The notes: generated from the sequence alone by a model not told the origin. Positions 13,261 through 25,876 are shown, counted from the first letter of the stretch. The stretch is 64,000 nucleotides of DNA from Lama guanicoe (GCA_013239625.1 MU056000.1:11855175-11919174); one strand, 5' to 3'. Numbers and translations: made by a program.

Positions 13261-14199
13261 CTTAACCACTGAGCCATACAGCCTCAAGGATCCAGGCAAG
13301 GATGCTTTGGGGGCCTGGCTGACATGAGACCACCTGCTCCAGTCTTCCCAGGAACCCAGGTACCTCAGCTGAAGCAGGTACCGCAGGGACCCCTTGACCA
13401 GGAAGGTGGAACTGACAGGGTCAGCCAGAAGGCGCTGCCCACCTGGACACACCTGGACTCACCCAGGGTCCAGGAAGTCCAGGGTCTGCTATGGAGACAC
13501 AGGTGTTGGTGTCCAGGGGACTCGGGTTCTCAGTTCTTGAAGGAAATGGTCACAAAGAGGAGAGAAAGGGACCCGTAGCCCCTCCGTTACCCATCCCTCC
13601 AGCCCATATCTCATCCTACCCTGTCTCTTGTGGGTTAAGGCCACTGTCCTGAGAGCCATCCCCACCACAGCATAATGTGGGCGAATTAAGCTGTTAATAT
13701 AACTTGAGCCAACTACAGCATCTCAGAAACATACTTGGAATAACCACCAATTTCACTGAGCCCCCAAGACTTAGAAATGCCCCAGGCTCACCGCCTGGAG
13801 AGGGAAATGCGCTTGCCGGGATCGGGGCTGGGAATGTGACAGGTAGGTTGCGTTGACTGGTAAAAAGGAGAAGCAGCACCAGGTTGCAATTGCTTCTTGG
13901 GAGCCTAGGTTCCCCGTCAGGTGTGTTGAATGTGCCTAATTGTCGCCACCAGTAGACCATGGGGACCCTTGTGACAGAGGCAGCTGCAGGAGGCACCCGG
14001 GGAGAGCCAGCCCCGCCCTCCCTGCAGGCCCAGGCGACACTGCCATCCAAATCTTGCTTCATGAAGGAGACGCCAGCTCCCCCTCCGCAGGCTTCCTTGC
14101 GTCCACGGAGAAAACCCGAGCATTATTATTCCTCAGTCATCCTGCAAGCTGTTGAGCCTTGAAAGCTCCAACAGAGGCGGCTGCTGGAGCGTGGCTGCA

Positions 14200-14470
14200 G
14201 GGCGGCCCACGTTTAATTGCTTCCCATGCGGACGCCACTTTATGGGGCCTTTGCTCTGTATTTAACGCCACGGCCGGTGACGGACGTTCGCCTCTGGAAA
14301 GCGCGCCGGTCCTCTGCACACAGCTTTCTCACTGATGGGGGAAGATGTCCTCTCTCTGCTCAGTTGTATCTGGCCTTTTCTGGCCCAGCGGTAATTAATG
14401 TTTGTTCTCATCCAATGGGCAGAGTCTAAGAGATGCAGCTCTCATTAGCTCCCTCTCAATTAAGGAAAAC
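14200..14470. promoter_or_regulatory. Candidate homeodomain-motif-rich enhancer, left copy
   Basis: TTTAATTG 14212, TTTATGG 14239, GTAATTAATG 14391, CCAAT 14412, CATTAG ~14443, CAATTAA ~14457 in non-repeat sequence; near-identical inverted copy at ~62525..62795. Confidence 0.45.
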
Positions 14471-15685
14471 GGTCCTCTGCCTGCCGGACTCAGATGCTGC
14501 TACCAGGCTGGAGCTGTTTGAATTACACAGCTGGGAGGGTGGGGAGGCCATCCTAGCCGGGTCTGCTGCTCCAGGCCCGGCCCCAGCAATGCGCAGACTC
14601 CTCCAGTCTCCTCCAGTTCCCCCACCCACCCACTCCACACCCAGGCTCACCGCCTAGGGAACCAGAAGGAGGATAATCACTAACGTGTGCTGAGAGCTTA
14701 CTATGCAGCAGGCGCTGTCCTAACAATGCACATGGACCAGCTCTTAAAGGATGAAGATGGATGAGTTCACAAATGATGCGGATGACTTAGCTCAGTTGGG
14801 CGTGGTCTTGTGCCGGGGCCACAAGAACTCAAGACATGAACAAGAGTCCCTGTTCAAGTTCCGCTCCTGACACACATGAGCTGTGTGACCCTTGAGCAAG
14901 TCACCATGAGGAGACCTACACTTTTATATTTGATCAGAGCCCATTTCATAATGTGAAGGTCTGGAGTTGCTGTCTCCACAGGCGAGTTCCCTTCACTGTG
15001 TTCCCTTCCCTCAGGCTACGCCCAGGCAGCCGACTCCCGGACGCTGGTGACTGGTGTCCAGCAGCGTGAGGAAGAGGAGAGAAGGGATCAGCCAAAATCC
15101 AGCCCCTCCCTTGGAAACGATGCCTGTGATGTTATGTTTGTGCGTCTGTAGTTGGAGCTGAAAAGAACCAGTTGTAGGTGTGTTAACTGGCAGGGTCTAT
15201 ACGGAGGGCAACTTGCTAATTTGTCAGCAGTTCAAATGCACATCCCCTTAGATGTAGCCATTCTGCTCCTAGAGATTTACGCCAAAACGGGGAGAAGTTG
15301 GATGCATGGGTGCCAGGATATTTATGGCCCCAATGTCTGCACCACCACAGGCCTGCAAACAATGCAGATGGGGGCTGACTAGATGAATTATGGTACGTTT
15401 GGACACTGGAATAGTATGTAACTATAAAAATAGGCAGCTTTAACTAAATTCAAGTGGAATAATCTCCAAGATATTTTGCTCACTAGAAAAAAGCAAGGTG
15501 TTCTCGCCGGCATAGCGTTCAGAGTCCCTACACTCATTTGCTCACATGTGCACAGAGTCTTCCCACAAGGACATTGACATCGGTGTCAGCTCCCATCACT
15601 GGGGAGGGGCCTGAGGGGGCTGGGGGTCAGGAGAGCGGGATGCTCATTTTCACTGCATACCAATTTGCATCTGGTTTGTGCCATA

Positions 15686-15965
15686 GGGGTGAAGTAGGTG
15701 GGCCTCACACAATCAGTTGAAGGTCTTGAGAGAAAAAGATTGAGCTTCCCCCTGCAAAGGAAGAGAGAACTCTGTCTCAGGACTGCCTTCAGGTCTGAGT
15801 TGAGACTGCAACATCAACTCCCCTGGGTCTCAGGCTGCCGCCTGCCCTGAGGACGGCAGACTCGCTGGCCTCCCACAACTGCGTGTCCCAATTCCTTAAC
15901 ATAATAAGAGAGAGAGAGACCCAGAGAGGGAAGCATGGGTTCTGTTTCTCTGGAGAACCCTGACC
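15686..15965 (-). mobile_element. MLT2-type LTR fragment (mirror copy at ~61030..61305)
   Basis: gggttctgtttctctggagaaccctgac and ggtgggcctcacacaatcagttgaagg motifs. Confidence 0.7.
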
Positions 15966-16190
15966 GGTGCAGTCCTGGGGACGCTCCTGTCACCACACGT
16001 CACAGCACACATCCCCCCTGGTGCTGCCAGGGCTGGTCCCTTATTTACAGGTGTGCTGTGTCCAGTGCAGCCGGCCAGGCTGTAAGGTCTCTGTGAGCAG
16101 GCGCTGTATCTCCATCTTCAGTGTGTTTCTAACTGTGAATGCAGAGAGCCTGCACCAGGAACAAGTGCTCACTCAAGGTGTGTTGTTGAA

Positions 16191-16495
16191 CCAGAAATAG
16201 GCTCACGGACGCAGAAAACAAGCTGCAGTTACCAGGGGGTGAAGCAGTGGGAGGGATACATTAGGTGTTTGGGATTAAAAGATACATATCAGTGAATATA
16301 AAATAGATAAACAACAAGGTCCTAGCACTGTACAGCACAGGGGACTATATTTAATTTCTTGTAATGAGGTGTAATGGAAAAGAATCTGAAAAAAAATTTA
16401 TGTATGTACATGTGTATCTGAATCACTTTGCTGTATGCCTGAAACTAAGATTGTAAATCGACTACACTTCAATAAATAGTAAGATTAAAAAAAGA
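16191..16495 (+). mobile_element. 5'-truncated LINE-1 3' end with A tail and target-site duplication (mirror copy ~60514..60808)
   Basis: aaaatagataaacaacaaggtcct..ctgtacagcacagggga L1 3'UTR, attgtaaatcgactacacttcaataaa, A tail; flanked by gtgttgttgaa / gtgttgtggaa. Confidence 0.85.
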
Positions 16496-18069
16496 CATGT
16501 GTTGTGGAAGGAGCTAGAACTTTGAGTGACAGTGGTCTAGATGCTAAATACTTGGGTTTGGCTCATCTGCAGATCAGCTTCCAAATCAGCTGATTGGTGG
16601 GAGGAACATAAAGGAAAAGAAAAGAGAAAAAGCAACCCTTCCCAGTTATCAATTACCAGACACTTTATTTTACATGTTTCTTCTTATACAGCCTCCTGAA
16701 GACCTGTCAAAGGCAGTTCACTGTTCAGAATCAATTGATCAGACCCCACGGTATGGTAGTGAAGTTTCTCCAATGTCAGACTTAGCCTACACTGATTCAA
16801 AATTAAAATCAAGACTTCTCTCTTGAAATAAGATGTACTTAAATAGAAAAAAAACATAAAGAAAAATGTTACCTCTGATTATCACCTTCCTTTAAACCCC
16901 ATGTGGTCTGAAGAATTTCACTGCCCATTTTAAAGGAAGAAATTATGACCCTTGACTCCAAGACCAAAATATCATTCCTGAAAAGCAGATCGAATCCTGG
17001 ATCAGAAACCTCTGCAGACACCTTCCACTAAAGTTTTTATCATTTGCCATCATTTTAAAGGATTACAGATGAATTCATCCTTGACAATCACTCTGGATCA
17101 ACCTGAATCCCTAGGTGAATTAAGAACCAACTGGTTTAGTTTTCTGATCAATAAGACTGTTTTCAATGTGCACCAGCACCAACCATCCTGTCCCATAGGA
17201 AAACTGATTTATGAGCGTGTCAAAGGGAGATTTTATTTTGCTTCCTGTTTTTGCTGCTCTGCCCTCAGCTGTCGGCCCAGAACCTAGAGGTTCTCCCCTG
17301 GGAACAAGGAGGCAGAAGAGCATGAGCCCCCAGAGGTCATCCTTGAAAGCAGGACACACTCTGCTTTGACCTGGTCCCTTGAAATCTATACGACATAATA
17401 TAGAGAAGAAGCAGATGCAGAGTGTAGGCACATCAGTATTTTTCTTTATTATAGAGTTTGCATTAAATTCTATTAAAGGACCAGTGGATTAAATTGACTA
17501 TGAAAGATACAAATAGATTGTGCGATAAATCATACCCCAAATGAATTTTCATCAACACTATGGGATTTGTGCTGTGGGCTTATTTTTTATAAATGAAGCC
17601 ATCTTACTTCTTTCCCTTCCAGCTTGTGTGAAAAAGTACAGTTTGAAGCAGAAAGAAGAGAATGCACGACCTGTAGTCCCACCGTCCAAGACACCACTAT
17701 GGACATGTGAGCGTATTTGATTACAATAGTTTCTCCATGCGGTTTTTATATAATTGTGAATCCTACTTTTTCCACTTAACACTATAAGAACATAATTCTA
17801 TATGTAATTGTAACTTCCTCTTCCTTACAAGAAGTCTTATCATCCTCATGATGAGAGATAAAGCCCTTTCTAGGTCCCAGAGCAGGGAAGCAATAGAGCT
17901 TGCATTCTAACCCTGGTCTACCACCTCTAAAGCCACTTTCCATTCAGTCAAACCACCTTAAAGACAGTTATCCCTTTTGACCCTGTAAATCTCCTTTTGA
18001 GAATCTATATGGAATATGAAATGTACAAGATGAGCATGGGAAATCTTAAAATGCAGAAAAGCAAGAAAC

Positions 18070-19280
18070 CATCAAAGACTAAATTGATCACGTCCAAAGG
18101 AAGCCAACCTGAAAGAGCTCCCACTAGTCGGAATGGCGCAACGTGACTATCAAAAAGAAAAATAATCACACTCAATGAATATATTATACATATCAAGCTC
18201 ATGAGTTCCAAATGATGCTTTTTTAAAAACTGACTTGTTGCCTTTTGATGTTGTACGGTCACTAATTCATTACTCTGAAAATTGATAAATATATGGAAAG
18301 AATAAAGAATTTACCCTGCCTTTCCTAAACAAATTCGATTTCAGGGAAGCCAAAAAATTGATGAGGAAAAATTATTCTTTAGAGAAGATTAATGGCTAAG
18401 TAATGCAGAAGGAATGGCAATAAAAGACATTCTATTTTCTAATGAAACACTGGATCTAAGCAACGGTTGCCAGTGAATCCTAAAATTATAGGTGAAATAT
18501 TCATAAGAAACTTAAGAGAGCATTCTGGCATCATCTGGAATGATTAGTGACATTATTAAAAGCGGGGCAACCAGACTTCAAGCTCTTGATATGATTCAAC
18601 AGGAAACATACAGCATAAGAAATATCATGACCTAAAAAAATGTTAGAACTTTAACCAAATCAAGCCTCAGCTCTACTAGTTTATAGGAATTACAGAGAAC
18701 AGCGGAAAGAGATAAAAACATCACAGGAAAACAATCACGCAATTCTAGAATATGGATACACTTCTATCAAGGATAAATAATCTGATTTCTCCAACCAATC
18801 CAGTGGTATGTGAGGTGAGGATCATGTACACTAAATTCTTTAAGAGACATGGCAACTGTGCAGTTTACAAACCTTATTGATCCTTATTATCTCAATAGAC
18901 TAAAAGAAGAATTCGAGACAACTGGGGACATTTGAATATAGATGAGGTGTTAGAATACTGAAGATATTATTGTAGTATAATAATACTCAGGTGGTTATTT
19001 TTTTTTAGTCTTACTGCTTGAAGGCATATAAAATAATTTATGAGGAAAATGATGCAGTGTCTGTTATTTCTCCAAATATTCCAAGAAAAAAATTGTGTGT
19101 GTGTGGTGTGTGTTCGGGGGAGAGGGGGAGAGCAGGGAGGAGGAGGTAGAAACATGTAAATAAATAAGACTTGCAAAAGGTAGATAATTGTTGGAGCTGA
19201 GCAATGGGTACATGAAAGTTCACTATCCTATTCTCTCTATCTTTGTGTATGCTTGGGAAATTCCATAATAAAAAAAAATT
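18070..19280 (+). mobile_element. Old L1M (L1MC/ME-like) fragments
   Basis: Degenerate L1 3'UTR motifs ending ataattgttggagctgagcaatgggtacatgaaagttcactatcctattctctctatctttgtgtatgcttgggaaattccataataaaaaaaa. Confidence 0.6.
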
Positions 19281-22200
19281 AACACTAAACAGTTATGTTT
19301 AAGAGGACATCAAAACATGTAGAAATAAAATTTCACACATGCGAAGAACGGGAAAGGCATGGAATAAATTAAAAAAAATTATCAGACAGTCCTGCTCCAT
19401 ATGTTCTACGTTGATTTCTTATCTACATTTGAAATAGAATCAATACAAATATTATCTGATTCATTTTTAAATTGATAATATAAAAAAGATTAGATTACCC
19501 TCTGTGTTCTTTTGGCACCTACCACTACCACCAGTTTAACAGAAGGACCATAAAAACCATCAACGAGAAAGAAACTCAGTGAACTAAAAGGTCTGCCGTA
19601 GACTCGGTAAACGTCTTTCTCTTTGCAAAGAAATAATTCAGAGACGGAAAGAGAAGTTAAATTTGCAGATCAAGTGTCTGTGATCCTCTTTAAAGAGGTT
19701 AAGGTGATGATTAGATTTTTGCCCTAACATCTGATGCTGTAGATCACAAACTGACAAAATTAATTGCAAGTAGAGGGAGGAAAAAGACACTGCTAAGGGC
19801 GCTTCTCTTCCGGGGGTTCAGGCTGACGGCATTCAGCATTAAACATAAGTCCATTCACCACCTGTCCGCTTATTCTATATAATGACACACGGATTCTAAT
19901 TTTTAGGAAACTTACTACATTAAAAAAAAACTACTTGAGAAACATCCATCCCAACAATGGATTAGAACTTGATTAAAAAATAAATAATTGAAGCGCCAGA
20001 AGCTCACAGAAGGAAAGACGCTGTGTCGCCTCTCCATCCAAACAAAGCCTCTGTGTTCAGCAAAATGTCTCTGCTGAATGAAACTACTAAATATTTTCAT
20101 TTTCAATTTGTAAGGGAAATTGTTAACTCTTATGTCCTGCTCTGTTTTTTGCCCAGAATTACAACAGCTGGGAAAAGGTGTCTGTCAGGTGCCTAAACCA
20201 GAGCCAGGTCTCGGGCTCCTGGGAAGCCGCTTCTGACACAGAAGGTCCCAGGCAGGGCATTTTGGGGAGCGCTCGCAGAGACACCCCAGTGAGGGCTGAG
20301 GGGCCGGAGGGGGCCCAGGGGGAGGGGAGCTGGGACGTGGTCACAGGGGAAGCCTCAGGGGATACCCAGGGAGGCTGGCCGAGGAAATGGCCCTTCAGAG
20401 TTTTCCTGATGGGCCCAGGGCGCTGGCCTGGGTTCCCGCAGAGCCCCGTGTCCAGACGCCATTGCAAACCGGCTGCAGCCCTGCATGAGGCCGCTCCCTC
20501 CGGCCGAGGGCCATTCCTGAGTGGGGCTCCCTGATGAGCGCCTCGCAGAAGTCAGAGCCAGCTCTCCTGAGCGCGTGGGCAGTGCAGGCTTTGGTCCTGA
20601 AGGGGAGACGCCTGGACCCGCTACGGTCACCCCTGGGGCCTTCCAAGTCCCAGGCCTTCATCCAGGAGTTTCACCCCACCTGAGCAGAGCTGCATGTGAC
20701 TCTGAATGCTCTGTTTCCGGGGAAACTTACACAAGGAAGGTTATTGAGATAAACTCCAGCCCCTGTCACCTCAGCTCGTCTCCCTGTGTCCCTCCTCTAC
20801 TGGCCTCCCTAGACCCCCCGCACCCTCAGACAGCACTCCGGCCGCTCAGGGTGGCTTACCTGGGCGGGGGGGGGGTGACCCAGACTCTCATCCCCGAGGG
20901 CGCTGACCCTAGGTCACCTTGAGGACATGGCAGAGGTGGTAAATGGCCAAATTCAACCCACAGCTACTGCTCTTGCTCACCGCCCATCAAAGTTCGGCAA
21001 GGGGGTACCAGGGAACAGCCTAGTGAGTCACCTGGGTGAATGGGGCTGTGGCCAGGCAGCAGCTGTAGCTTCAACTTCAGGAATTCTTGCCGAGTCCCCT
21101 GAGAGAAGCACCCCCGCTCTGAAAAGCAGGGCCCAAGAGACCCAGCGTGCAGTGACAGGGAACACAGTTCCCCGAGCAGCTCACTGAGAGGAACGGTGAG
21201 AGGGCCGGGCCTCCTTCCTGTGCTTGTTCCATGGGCCAGTCGGTTACACCTGTTGGGGGCCCAGCGCTCCGTGACCTGCAGCGGTGCAATGCCACCCATC
21301 CTCCCAGGGCGTCGTCCCCAGGCTGTCGCCTTCGCTGTTCTCAAAAGGCTCTGTATTAGGCAGACACCTTCTGGGTGGTGTGGCTCGGTGTGGGTAGGAC
21401 CCAGCTGCTATAAAATGCGATTCCTGGTCCACAGTCACATTACGTAGGATCCATCACCGGTTTATTAAATAAACATAAACTCACGGATGGCAGTGCTGGC
21501 TGGGTCCCCTTAGGCACGAAAGGCAAAGGCATTTCTTGACTATGTATAGTCACTTCTGGTCTCCATCCATCACTGCACTTCCAGACTGAAAGCGACCCCA
21601 GGCATTCAAGTTGCTGGCAAGTAACTGGTTGGTCTCCTCAGGGGAGGAAGCTGCACTGGGGCCTCAGCGTGGATCCGGCTGCTGGCCGGCTGGGCGTTCA
21701 GCAGGGGTGGCAGATCCACGAGGTCTGCCCTCAGTTATCAGGCCCCTGGCTTTAAAGGGGGCAGAGTGGAGAATTCAATGGGACTTGGGGGAATGGTCCA
21801 CTACCCTTGCAGTGCTGAGTGTGTTAGGGTGGCGGATGTCTCTGTCTTTCCCCCAGACGTGACATTGATTTTCATCTACTCTCTCAACCATAGTGGGACA
21901 GGTTCAGGTCCTCCATGTGGCCTTCTCCTCTACAGAAGCTCACCCTAAAACCAACGAGCTAACGAGGGGGATTCTGGCAGCTACTAAGGACATCCATTTC
22001 TGGATACACTCAGAGACTGAACAGATGATCACCAGGTGGATTCACGGAGCCGAAGAACCCACCGTGAACGAGCCTGGGCCCGGATGTCTCATCACCTACC
22101 CTCCATAAGACCCCACTTTGGCAGAGAATCATGATGAAACACAAAAATCTCTGAGTGTCAGTGGAGACTGCCCTGTCTGAGAGTCCCTGAGATACCTGGG

Positions 22201-22341
22201 GAACCCAAGGAAATGGCCACAGGTCCCTTTGGGTGAAGACGGGAGATTATTCCCACATGTCCCTGCCTTGGTCTAACAGGGTCCTTCCTCAGACCAGCCT
22301 TTCCCTCGGGCAGCAGGTTTGGGGCTGAAGGACTGGCTCAG

Positions 22342-23174
22342 GGCTGGAAATTGGCCATGATGTTCAGTGGGGGGTTGGTAGCAGTATCTTTGTTATCACC
22401 CTGCACCTGCCCTTAACCACGCCAGGTTCCAGCGCTCATGTCTGTGGCTCTCTGTGAGTGAGGGCCCCCTGCTACTCATTATAATTGCATCCTCTTTGCT
22501 TCTGTTATTTAAGTTCTGCCACCCGGCCTCTACCCATCTGGGATCTTCTCATCCTCTTTGTTTTCAGGGAGCCCAGTTCTATAACAGCATCTCCTACAGC
22601 GTCCGCCCTGCCTGCAGAGCCCAGCCCCGCTGAGATGCTCTGAAAGGTGATGCCCCTCTCACCCACTCATTCCTTACAGCTCTGGGAAATGGTGTGTCCT
22701 CTGGTGCCCCTGTGACTCACAGTGAACTGGTGAATTTCCCAGGCATACAGAGTGTACAGGCTGGAAATTGGCCATGATGTTCAGTGGGGGGTTGGTAGCA
22801 GTATCTTTGTTATCACCCTGCACCTGCCCTTAACCACGCCAGGTTCCAGCGCTCATGTCTGTGGCTCTCTGTGAGTGAGGGCCCCCTGCTACTCATTATA
22901 ATTGCATCCTCTTTGCTTCTGTTATTTAAGTTCTGCCACCCGGCCTCTACCCATCTGGGATCTTCTCATCCTCTTTGTTTTCAGGGAGCCCAGTTCTATA
23001 ACAGCATCTCCTACAGCGTCCGCCCTGCCTGCAGAGCCCAGCCCCGCTGAGATGCTCTGAAAGGTGATGCCCCTCTCACCCACTCATTCCTTACAGCTCT
23101 GGGAAATGGTGTGTCCTCTGGTGCCCCTGTGACTCACAGTGAACTGGTGAATTTCCCAGGCATACAGAGTGTAC
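22342..23174 (+). repeat. Tandem duplication, 2 x 417 bp, left arm only
   Basis: ggctggaaattggccatgatg starts at 22342 and 22759; both units end catacagagtgtac (22757, 23174); no differences seen. Confidence 0.96.
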
Positions 23175-23540
23175 CCCTTCTAGCGTGCCTGCTTCTCTGA
23201 GCCTTTGATCTCTTTGTCCAGGCTCTGCCAAGGCACTGCTCACATATCTCCTCCACTGAGTGTGGTCATGGCTTTTCTAAGCTTCCAAGAGCCAACCAAG
23301 AGAGTGTTAAGTCCTATATTTTAGAAAAGTTCTTTCTTGTGAATAATCTCTCCATTATCCATCCTCCAAAATTCCATCCTCCTTTATCCAGGCCCTCAGA
23401 ATTCAATCCCACAAATACTCTTCCATTCCTGCCAGTATTTATTGGTGAGGTCCTTCATCTTCTTGGGTGTAAATTCCTTTTTCTCCCTTATCGGGACCAA
23501 CACTTCTCCTGCTGGGTTTTATTATGACTTGACTCTAGCT

Positions 23541-23741
23541 CAGAGGTCAGCAAACCTCCCCTATAAAGAGGCAGTAGTAAACATTTTAGGCTGTGTTGCA
23601 ACTGTTCAGGTCTCTCACTGGGGCATGAAAGCAACTGCAGACAATATGGAACTGAATGTTCATAGCTGTGTTTCAATAAAACTTTATTTACAGAAAGACT
23701 ATATGTTAGACTTGACCCATAGGCTGTCACTGCTGATCACC
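23541..23741 (+). mobile_element. MER58A-like hAT MITE nested in the ERVL (mirror at ~50050..50245)
   Basis: cagaggtcagcaaac start, agtaaacattttaggct, gctgtgtttcaataaaactttatttacagaaa; flanked by tctag-containing target sites. Confidence 0.75.
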
Positions 23742-24491
23742 ATTCTAGTTACTGGTCTAGTGTCCTGGGATGGAGTTAAGGGTGGATCCTGAGTTGGGAG
23801 CATCCTGTCCTATGCTGATGATGGAGAGGCTCCTGTTTCATCTTCCAGCAAGGGGGCAGCGCTAGCCTTTCATAGGAAGGAGTGGGCCCAGAGGGTTCAA
23901 GGGTATCTGAATATTGGAGACTTTTAATAGTGCATGAATACAGATGTCTGCCTTCCAAGTCTCAGAATTTTGCTCCTTCCCAATTAGGGCCCTGACTTTG
24001 TATTGTAGATTTGCTGGGGTTGAGAATTCAAACTTCTCTGCAGTTCTGCTGGCCTTATAATTAAGTCCAAGGTTGAATCCTGGCCTTTTTTCTCTGCCTC
24101 TGGCTGCAGGATGAGAGTCGCTTTATAAACTGCCACAGCCCTTTGGCTTTCACACTTAGCCTTAAGTTGGTGATTAATCACTCCAACCTTCGCTGCCTTT
24201 CTCGGGTTCATTTTTTAGCACCCAGCAGCAAGCAGCCAAGTCCACTGTACTTACAATGACCATGTCCCTTGAAGCTCTCGATTGCCCAGATCCTGCACCC
24301 ACCTATGCTTTCCCTCCTAGCTGTCTTACCACAGTGAAAGGTTTAACAGTTGCAGGGCTACAGCATCCCGGGGCTAGCAGTCCTCCACCCATCCCCAGAG
24401 ATGGTGTCTCATGGACCACTGGCCAGCTGGTGCCACAGCTCCAGATGCCATCTAAGAGCCTCCTTCTTTGGACCTTTCCTGGCATCATTGG

Positions 24492-24881
24492 TTTTAGTTA
24501 CACTTCCCAGAAAATGAACTCTGAGATAGAGATTTACATGCAGGACCCTCCTGGGGAGTGATTTCAGGATCTATATGGAAATAAGAGTAAAAGGATCCAC
24601 ATTGGGAGAAGTTGAAATATGATGCAGTTGCAATAAAGACCTTAGACACTCCCATGGGGAGTTCTGAAGCTGGGAAAGCCAAGGCAAGGGGACCAGCCAC
24701 TGGATACAAGCTGCCCCTGCAGAGGGGGTATGGCCTTCACAGGGCAGCTTCCTTCTGCTAAAGGCTATTCCTAGAGAGAGACTCGCCTGTGAGACATCAA
24801 GGCTCAGCTCTCCTAGCATCTGGGGGCATGAGTGCCTCAGTCCTGAGGGGGGATTGGGCAGCACACCACAGTATCCACTAC
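24492..24881 (-). mobile_element. LTR16-type ERVL LTR
   Basis: Minus strand begins tgtagtggatactgtggtgtgctgcccaatccccctcaggactgaggcactcatgcccc, matching the recalled LTR16 start. Confidence 0.75.
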
Positions 24882-25850
24882 AACACAGCTGTGAGTTGTT
24901 GCATTCGTGTATCCATGGTAAAAAAAAATTAGACAGGAATCCATGAGCCCAGGTTTACTGTCACATCCTACTTACTAGGGATCTTGGGAGAAGTCCTGGA
25001 TTCAGCTAAATATTGTGATTATAATTGTTGTTCCTAAAAGAATTCTAGGTGGTGAAGGCAATAAAGTATTTGTGGTTTAGTGTCTATAGAGACACTAAAA
25101 TCCAGTTTTGAAGGGTGAAATAACAGAAAGAAGGAAAGAAAGAAACAAACAAAGGAAAAAATGTGTAACTAACACTCCTGTAAGCTGATATTTGTTAAAC
25201 CTCATTTATAAAAAATTCTAAAAAGATGTGTGTGTGTATTTCAGTTAGAATCAATGAAATAAATTGCCTACTGTTTTGGGATGTATAGATGTCCAAATAA
25301 ATATAATTCCTTTCCTTCTAAACTCAGAAGAATAATGTAGGTAGAAGCTGAAAAATCACTTAAAGTTATTTTTTCTTTGAAGCTGCAAATTATAAAATCC
25401 CACAGAAACCAACAGTTGAAGTGGTTTCAGAAGATCCCCAAGTTTTTTCATATACTTGTACAATTTCAAATTCTGATGAGTTCTTTATAAAGTTTCTTCC
25501 AAGTACCTGTATCCCTTTCAAATTGTTCAACACTTTTTCATAGCCAGAACTTTTATCTTCAAACAACTTCAGAATTGATTTCTCCATGAAATTCTGTAAG
25601 TTAGAGATCATGGACCCAAAGTAATCAGTTTGGACTCTTGTCTACAGATGTTTTTAATGTGGCCATGTGTTTAAGTTCTATCATTACAAATGCAGCAGGT
25701 AAAGGGTCTGGTGTCCAAAATACATCATCTCACCTTATCTTTATTTCTCAGGAAACTGGGCTCCTGACTAAGGTGGATTTTCAACAAAAGGAATATAGTC
25801 TTTCTCTGTGTTCATTAATTCATCTGTTGCTGCAGCTGGGTTCATTTTGA

Positions 25851-25876
25851 AACACACACACACACACGCACACACA
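25851..25876. repeat. (CA)n microsatellite
   Basis: Direct reading. Confidence 0.9.

Larger units (their letters stand above)
13771..23885 (+). repeat. Inverted repeat, left arm, main segment (pairs with 49909..63224)
   Basis: Many mirror-image ORFs (14433..14657+ / 62338..62562-; 15967..16200+ / 60799..61032-; 20178..20534+ / 55300..55656-; 21893..22108+ / 51599..51814-) and direct reverse-complement reading. Confidence 0.98.
22105..24490 (-). mobile_element. Degenerate ERVL internal sequence (gag-like; ERV3-16A3_I-type), partial mirror at ~49910..51600
   Basis: Broken frames resemble ERVL gag (PWQSL..KRLREAG.LE, LLVGSW); directly adjoins an LTR16-like LTR; no intact ORF. Confidence 0.65.

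Noticed and set aside
13694..14657. Mirror ORFs shared with 62338..63298
   Set aside because: Explained by the inverted repeat; no protein similarity recognised.
20159..22108. Cluster of 60-134 aa ORFs repeated identically at 51.6-55.7 kb, suggesting a multicopy gene family
   Set aside because: Identity follows from DNA-level duplication. The ORFs overlap in several frames of GC-rich sequence, frameshift between copies (20521 vs 52785 vs 54927) and show no domain or exon structure.
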